DNA of 64,000 bases from Amoebidium appalachense (Eukaryota > Protista > Ichthyosporea): positions 1-64,000 of the forward strand of contig CAVNZM010000008.1 of the NCBI GenBank assembly GCA_963693365.1, written 5' to 3'. The notes beneath the pieces are model-generated. The model did no database searches. It was not told the DNA's origin and was given only the letters and a program-made list of their open reading frames with translations. Made by a program: the position numbers and the translations under genes. Below are positions 56,364-64,000 of the stretch, piece by piece. Numbering within the stretch: the first letter of the stretch is position 1; the number at the start of each line of letters is the position of its first letter.

Positions 56364-59300
56364 TGTAAACAACTGTACACATGAACTGTACATGTTTACT
56401 AAAGAATGTGATCTACTAGCACACAATTCGTTCTTTGTCATGAATATCACATAAATATTATGTCCACACCAATAGGAATCAATCTTACCTAAGAAATGAA
56501 CCATGTATGATTCTACCGCTGCATACCACATAAACGAAGTGAACCAATAAGATGTTTGCATAAATAGGACGAAGGTCTGACTGGCTTGGACCGCACCAGA
56601 ATCACGAATGGCATGTTGCCACCCGCGCTGGCCGCGGATGAAGCAATCCTGGGCCTTGATCCGAAACCTGGGGGCTATATAACAAAGCCGTCCCAGTACG
56701 GGGATCACATCAGTGAAGTCTGAGACAGACTGAGTCGGCCCATAGTAAAAGCAACCTGGCCGCGTGTGCCTTTCTACCCGTTCTCTGTCTTTATTTTGAT
56801 TCAGTTGTACTCTGCCTTATCCTAACTAGTCCAACTGTTTACATTGGCGACCGCGCAGTTCAAGAATCTCGCATCCTTCGAATCTCACATCTTTCAATCA
56901 GTTCAAGAATCTCACATCTTTCAATCAGCTTAAGAATCTCCCATGGCCGATCACAATCCTTTTTACCCCGATGATAGGCACATCTTTCCTTGTCCGGCTT
57001 AGAATATATACACCGACAAGTTTGAAGTGGCCAGCCCACCTACACGGAAAGAATTGAAAGCATGTAAAACTTCTTTTGCTACGACGCATCAAAAATGTGA
57101 AGAAAAACGAACACACAACGAAACAACGAATACACGAACAAACGAATAAAGAATTGCTAACGAAGCAATGAACCAACGAAAAACGAACCATCACGAATAC
57201 GCAATGAAATAAAGAGTTAACGACAAGCGAATGCATAGAGGAAATACGAAATGAATGCAACACAAAACAAAACAAAGTAACGAAGTTATCAAACGACAAA
57301 AAACGAAAAACGAAAGCAAAATGAAATGGAAACACGAAAATGAAAAGAACGAACTTTGAATGCACAACACTGCTTAGGTTGCAATGCACACGGCCCCCTC
57401 TATGTTACGAAGAAAAGAAAACCGTTGCCCTTGCGTGCATTGCGCTATTGCACACTGTCATCGTGTCCATGCCACCACGTGCACGTCCACACTCGCAACC
57501 CAGATGCACGGCCACTTTCAGCACAAATGCACTTAACGAAGAAGATAGTCGCTGTTGCTATAGCATGTAGGACCTAAGATCTTATGAAAGTAGTGTTGCA
57601 TGCATGCTTCGAATCCCTTGCTGTTCTCGAATACAGCATGCCCCATAGTTTAGCGCACAGGATGCACATGCGCATGAATGTATGCTGGCATGCCTAAACA
57701 CATTACGAACATATGCCTGACTCATGTATGGCGGCCCTTCCTGGTGCCACGCCCTAACGAATTTGCACTCTTGGTGCACAAAAGGCATGTAATAAAGTCG
57801 ATGCAGAACTTTTGTTCATGCATGTGAAAAACAAAGAAGGTGTTGGGTACGAATTTTAAGGTGAATGCCCGTCTGTGGCAATACTGTGTAACATACCAAT
57901 TACACTGTCAAGCCTTGCACTAGCTGCCGGCACACCCCCACCAGAACAAAAGAATGTGGTATGGGCACCGTTCCCTCACAACCCCAGCATACAGTGTCAG
58001 TATTTTGGCTGGAAGCCTTTCAGTTTCGAATTACGAATACCCTCCTTCACTACTGAAGAAAGTGACGTGGAAGACGAATACGAATACGAATGCAAGGTGT
58101 TGTTGACTAACACATCGGACCATCATGTGTACCTAGGCCCTGGTACGGAGGTGACCATGTTATTCCCTTGCAATATGATGACACTGTAACAATTTAGCAC
58201 GTGCATACCCCACCAATGGGCACATGCGGGAGACAACCCCACAAGCTGCCTTATTGGGCACCTCTGCTAAAACGAATATTCTTCTCACGAAGGAACAGAA
58301 GAATGCCACGAACACGAACCACACACTCACCAGGCAGCTACTTACATCTAATGTATGTAAGAAGTAGGGTGTGTGAACGGGGTAACTTCATGAACACCAA
58401 CACGAAAGAAAGCACAGCACAAAGCAGTTCCACGAATACGAATGGTTTTGGTATTCCACACAACGAACAGAACCTACAGTAGGGCCACCTACAAATGAAG
58501 CAGAGGATGGGGCACCATCCAGACCTGCACTGGAGGATATGAAGATACGAAGCGCGCTCACGAAGTTGCTTACAAAAGAAAGGGCGACTCTGACGACTTT
58601 TCTTTTTAGGCCAAGCCTCCAGAAGAATGTATTATGCCTGGAATCCCCCTGCTCAACGAAAAATGGCTGGCAAATGGGATACGAAAACTGCTCACGAATG
58701 GAAGCATGTGTTTTCTGAAGAAGGTTTGCTTTGCCTACCCTCTTCTTATGAATTATGAACCGGGTTTTTACTGGTTCGAATTCTGACGGGCTGATATATT
58801 TCTTTATGTCGCCCAACGAAGAACACTTGGGGCATTTTTATTCATGTTTTTCCCAGCTCCGATGATGCAGGGTTAAAGCTGAAAGGAAAGAAGTGCTATT
58901 TGTTCATGAAAGAAGTGGCTTTTCTGGCCATGGCGACTCGCCTTACAGTCTTAAGGTAGAACCGGGATAAGGAGCAGCGGCTAAGCCTTGAAGCTATCCA
59001 CCACTACCTGAGCTACGAAGTGACCTAAGGCTTGAGTTATATTCATTATCGAATGCTTGGTATGATCATTCATCCACACAACCAAATTACTCGCAATTGA
59101 AAACGAATCTGCGGGAGTATCCTAAAAAGGAAAAATTCCCAAAAAGGAAAATATTACTTCTACAGAAAAAGCCAAGCACAGAGACGAAGCGAACAATTCG
59201 CACGAACACTCTGCAACAATCTTCGCCACGAAAATGAACGCACAGAAGAATGCTGCATGAATTTACGTTTTGGCAAACGAAGAAGTGCTCATAGACGTGC

Positions 59301-59920
59301 ACAACTCTATTCAACCATCCTTGCTCTGTTCTGCCCAGCAGCTCGGCGCACAAGAATTCTCGCTGAAGGTTGTTTATCGCCTCTCAGCCTGGTGGTTTGC
59401 TTGCCTAACGACACCACCAGGCTCCCGACAAGGGGGGGAGTGTAAACAACTGTACACATGAACTGTACATGTTTACTAAAGAATGTGATCTACTAGCACA
59501 CAATTCGTTCTTTGTCATGAATATCACATAAATATTATGTCCACACCAATAGGAATCAATCTTACCTAAGAAATTAACCATGTATGATTCTACCGCTGCA
59601 TACCACATAAACGAAGTGAACCAATAAGATGTTTGCATAAATAGGACGAAGGTCTGACTGGCTTGGACCGCACCAGAATCACGAATGGCATGTTGCCACC
59701 CGCGCTGGCCGCGGATGAAGCAATCCTGGGCCTTGATCCGAAACCTGGGGGCTATATAACAAAGCCGTCCCAGTACGGGGATCACATCAGTGAAGTCTGA
59801 GACAGACTGAGTCGGCCCATAGTAAAAGCAACCTGGCCGCGTGTGCCTTTCTACCCGTTCTCTGTCTTTATTTTGATTCAGTTGTACTCTGCCTTATCCT
59901 AACTAGTCCAACTGTTTACA
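56364..59920 (+). mobile_element. Non-autonomous Gypsy-type LTR element (LARD-like), 480-bp LTRs
   Basis: LTRs 56364-56843 and 59441-59920 (TGTAAACA...TGTTTACA, 1 difference seen). PBS TGGCGACC, PPT AAGGGGGGGAG, TSD GGCTC. RT remnant AGLKLKGKKCYLFMKEVAFL near 58867-58926. Confidence 0.92.
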
Positions 59921-59969
59921 GGCTCGTCGGTAGGCAGTTGTGTGCTTTCAAGCACTTTCTGGAACTCCA

Positions 59970-61280
59970 TGTTAAATTGTATAAGTATTTGGGATGTAAG
60001 CAGAGACACAGTGGTGCAGTGTGAAAACACCACAGACACACACAACATTTAGGCATGCCCCCCTCCCTCAAGTCACCCGACCACAGTGACTGCTTCGGCT
60101 GCATGTCTGGCAAGACCACCAAGGCTCCATTTCCAGGCACCCGTTCCCGTTTCACCATCCCCGGTGCTAAGTGGCACTCGAAGCTCCCTGTGCTTCCTAC
60201 GGAGGCTACAAGGTTGCTCTTGTGTGTTTGTGATGCCACCGGTTACACCACCGTGTTCCCCCTCTACAACCGTGCTGAAACCCTCAGCTACATCCAGTCT
60301 CTTGTTGAAACCGTCGAACGTCAGACACCTGAGATCGTCACCCATCTTCGGTTTGTGTTTAATTGTATTAGTAGTTGGGATGAAAGCAGAGACACAGTGG
60401 TGCAGTGTGAAAACACCACAGACACACACAACAACAAAACACGGAACGATCGGAGCAGTGTACACAACAGACATCAATGTTTAGACACGACTGAACTGAA
60501 TTTATTCTGATCTTCGAATAAATACCTGAAATTCCTCTAAGTCCAATCCATACATGATTTCCGACCAGTCGGAAATCAGATCTATCTCTAATAGAAACCA
60601 ATCACTAAGGACCAATTGCTTTCAGAGAGATCCGGTACGCGGAGACGCACACGATAGGACACAGACACTAGTTAAGGTCAACTTGTGTCATCATCAAGGA
60701 AGTTCTAACCTATGACATACTGCAGAGACTCAGACATATCACACTTAACCTTGATGATTGGTTAAAGCCCGGCAACACATGAAAACTAAAGTAAATTAAT
60801 GAAGTCTAAACACACATGCTATTCTAAGTGTAGCCTAAGTGTGTTACCATCCAATGAACACGTATTAAGTAACACAAATCTACCTAACATATATTAGTAG
60901 AAAAGAAATACGATTATACACATGAAGACAAAGAGAGAAAGAAAAGAAAATAAGGAAGGAGAAAGAGGAAGGAAAAGAGAGCACAGATCAACAAACAAGA
61001 TAGCAATAGCATAACTATAACCAGAGATATTTATGTACACACGAACATGTACACGTCTCTCCCTGAGTGGGTGGATCCGTGTACACACATATAAATATTC
61101 TAATCGATATTACAATACACGATTAGAGCCGATACAACACGATTACAAGTATACAAGCATATCGGAGATCGATGCTTCATTTTACATAATAGGAGTGTGG
61201 CATATACACTAAGCATATGAACTGAAACATAACACAAACTGAGAAGATCTTACCATATGTAGATACTACGTATTACAACA
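59970..61280 (-). mobile_element. Chimeric copia-LTR insertion: full LTR + 304 bp copied flank + 78-bp LTR end
   Basis: LTR 60356-61280; 60052-60355 matches 38032-38335; LTR-end fragment 59970-60047; TSD CTCCA on both sides. Confidence 0.9.
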
Positions 61281-63138
61281 CTCCAGCATTGAGGAGCCCA
61301 CCGTGTTCATGATGAGTGTGGCCATCCTTCGAGGGGTTTGGACGTCCTTCCCCTCAGTGGCCTCTGCTGGGCAAACAGCCCTGAGCTTGCTAAGCCACCT
61401 AGGGAGGGCGAGGTCCTTAGCGAGGACTAAGTCCCCTGTGATACTAGTCCTACTGCTCATGTTGCCTATGCCAACTGTTGCTAGCTGTAGGCCTGTGTGT
61501 GCGTATGTTTCTTTTACCTCTAACTGTCGAAAAAGTCCTAAGTCAAAGCCACTCATAACCGCTAGGCGTGAAAAGAAAAAAAAAAACTAGGGGTGAAAGC
61601 AACAGCCCAGAAGGACTAACAGTGCGTGTGCCCCCTCCCTGCAAAAAACTGCAGAGAAAGGGGGTGTAGCTTGTCGTGGCAACAACCAGAGTGTATACCA
61701 ACTACTCTAACTATCTGCACGCTTAAAGGGGCTCGAAACCGTGTATACGTATAAACTTTTCTTTGAGTTGGGTGGGAAGCGAGTTTTTTCGTGTTCTCAG
61801 AAGAACTTCCAAAAGCCCGCGACCCCGCGAGACACTTCACAGACACGCGGCCCACTGGCCAGACAAATACCACAGTGACATTCAGCCAATCACAACACTC
61901 CCTCCCCCACAGACTACACGCACTCCACACCATTGGCTACCGCCACCTCAGACACCCCTACAGCACTACAACACGTACACACGTTTACTCACAATACATA
62001 TAAGCATACACACACGCGAGCAGGCAACATGGGTCTCGCCAAGCACACAGCAAGAAGCAATACAACATTTAACATGGAGAGTACGCAGAGGCATGGTGCA
62101 TGCACGCGCGCACCTTTAACAATCAGCCGCTGCCGCATCAGGTTCTCCCCATACCACTGATTAATCTCCTCATACCCCACTTAGACCCCGGCATCACTAT
62201 GCAAGAAAACCCCCGAAATTCACTCACCAAAACACGAATTATAGAAGCAAACTAATACGAATCAGCTCAGCACATGACAAAACCCTTGGCAAATTTCCTT
62301 GAAGCAGAAGTTGCCTCCTTTCTATCTAACAACTGTTGTAAACCTGGGCCTGTAACGCTCTCGATATATGGTCTGGTCCCAATAGCTGCTAGAGTATCCT
62401 ATCTCGCGCTGAAATTCAATAAGCACATAAGCCGCTTAAAGAAGTATTTGCCCTCCCACCCTCTCTTCTCTATCCGACCTGTCCCCTCCTCACCTCTCCC
62501 CTCTTTCCTCCCCTCTCTCTCCCCTTCTCCCCTGGGCACAAATACAAATAAACCCCGCAATAGTGTGTGTGTGACTTTGGACTGCCACTTACTTATTAAA
62601 CATGTACACAATCACAAGATAATCACGCAATATAACAAATGGAAAAAGATACCACACGACACTAGACCCGATGAAAGCATACACCTTGAAAAACTAAGCC
62701 TTATGTCTCGTTTTATATATACTGACCGCCTCAACCATATTGCCAAATATGGCACTCGCAAGTGTATAACACCTAAATACATATTACCTTCCTGTAGAAC
62801 TGGTCTTTCTCTAGCTGATGGTATTATTGATCAATTACCACGCTTTTACTGTACACGTGCTATACAGTGGAGATCTAATAAGTATAAGGTGGCATCATTT
62901 GCATGCCCAAACAACACACAAACACACCAGTTTAACCGGTCATGTATCGCCAAATGTAGTTTGATAGACCACATAATACCGCAACACACACACGTCACAT
63001 TCACAACAGACACCCAGAAAGATAGCCTACCTGTAAATTACAACATCCTTGATTTTATACTAAACACGCGTAACTACGACCTGTTTATTAGATGTATTGA
63101 TTGGCTTGAGAAACACATCACTACAAAATTATAGCGCA

Positions 63139-63142
<4 letters not shown>

Positions 63143-63205
<63 letters not shown>

Positions 63206-63237
63206 CCAGCTGATACCGAGTGTCCCGAGGGGAGCCC

Positions 63238-63273
<36 letters not shown>
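63143..63273 (+). repeat. (CA)n tract and poly(A) at the LINE 3' end
   Basis: (CA)n begins about 8 nt after the ORF2 stop; the A-run spans 63242-63273. Confidence 0.75.
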
Positions 63274-63275
<2 letters not shown>

Positions 63276-64000
63276 GGGGAACCCCAACTAATTGATTTCT
63301 CCTTGTAGTCTTTATGGTGTCTCGTAGAGAAAGTAAACCCTGATATATAGTCACCACCCGACATCTATGTACGTGATCATGATATACCGCTGAGGGGATA
63401 TTCCGAGCAAAACCCCCCCCCCATACCTGAGACTGGTTCTCTTTGCCTCGAGTAAACAGCGTAAACCCCATATGTAATAGGGGTGTCATATACTACGATG
63501 GCGCTCATTGTTGCCTAGCATGTACATATGTCACTGGCTGCATTTGATTGGCTGCGCTGGAAAACGCAGTAGGCCGTCGAATGTGGCTGGGCCTCCCGGC
63601 AGTGTCCACGCAATAAAACGTGTGTAAACCCGCGTATTCAACAAAGTTTTCAGGGCTAGATTGTCACTTTTCGGAAGGCTAGAAAAAAAAGTAAATAAAA
63701 AATTTTCCATGTATTTTTTTGTTTTTTTTGACTGGATTTATTCTACGGAAAGATATGCAAGTATGCACGGCATACTGAAAAGACAATAAAAAAAAATCAC
63801 GAGTTATCCAGTATCAAGTGCATACTGAGATACCTGAACACTGTGTGAAAATCATGTAAGTAACCCGAAAAATTATATATTATAATAAGATCTTTCATAT
63901 TTTCTAAGTGGTGGGGTTAGGTTGTCTCATTCGTTTTGTAGTTTTTCTTGTAGTGAATCGGTATTTAACAAAATTTTGTTTGAATATGGTAGGATTCCGG

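Larger units (their letters stand above)
55538..61556 (-). pseudogene. Gag/ORF1-like gene fragment of an unidentified retroelement, split by two LTR insertions
   Basis: Removing the insertions joins 61556-61281 (MSGFDLGL...SSMLE), 59964-59926 (FQKVLESTQLPTD) and 56363-55538 (EPSVRTVA...coiled coil...DRYRGDRYRD...SPSPRRHQPY). One frameshift near 55950. The gag assignment is inference. Confidence 0.6.
53954..63134 (+). mobile_element. 5'-truncated LINE ORF2 (RT 53954-55536, C-terminus 62280-63134) split by a 6.7-kb nested insert
   Basis: KSCGPDG, FRPITL, QSAFRK, FIDWKTAYDSV, GLLQGSLLSPFLFNLFIDDL, LYADD, YKYLGV. Sequence resumes at 62280 with a ~90-bp duplication and is followed by (CA)n and poly(A) at 63242-63273. 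Confidence 0.88.

Noticed and set aside
61790-62278. Weak resemblance to a Penelope GIY-YIG C-terminus (TGQT...EYAEAW...FNN..LP)
   Set aside because: Interrupted by stops and lacking the core GIY/YIG motifs; needs an HMM search.
63330-64000. Possible promoter or transposon end (GATTGG box, short repeats)
   Set aside because: No downstream gene or partner terminus inside the window to support a call.

Overview
Intron-rich eukaryotic genomic DNA (GT-AG introns packed with (CA)n, (CT)n and poly-C/G). It may come from an opisthokont protist, but the sequence alone cannot establish the taxon. Left half (341-31716, +): the 3' part of one very large extracellular mosaic gene. I read 43 exons that splice into one continuous frame of about 2,890 codons: WSC, EGF-like, 9 PAN/apple-like domains alternating with 8 odd-cysteine spacers, bacterial-type H-lectin-like repeats, a Calx-beta-like unit, RTRR then a GDPH/VWD domain, EGFs, an SdrD-B-like domain, EGF_CA plus Thr/Ser stalks, and an unrecognised C-terminal domain with no TM helix. 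One intron carries a tandem TRIM array. Right half (about 33.7-63.3 kb): a deeply nested transposon cluster. It contains an intact young Ty1/copia element inserted without a TSD into the catalytic Asp codon of an older copia integrase, a non-autonomous sibling inside a Gypsy pol, a chimeric LTR insertion carrying 304 bp of copied flank, a Gypsy LARD with an ACGAA motif array, a THAP-ISL2EU/Harbinger pseudogene, and LINE RT fragments split by an insert flanked by a ~90-bp duplication. Exon and TSD coordinates were read by eye and may be off by a base or two.
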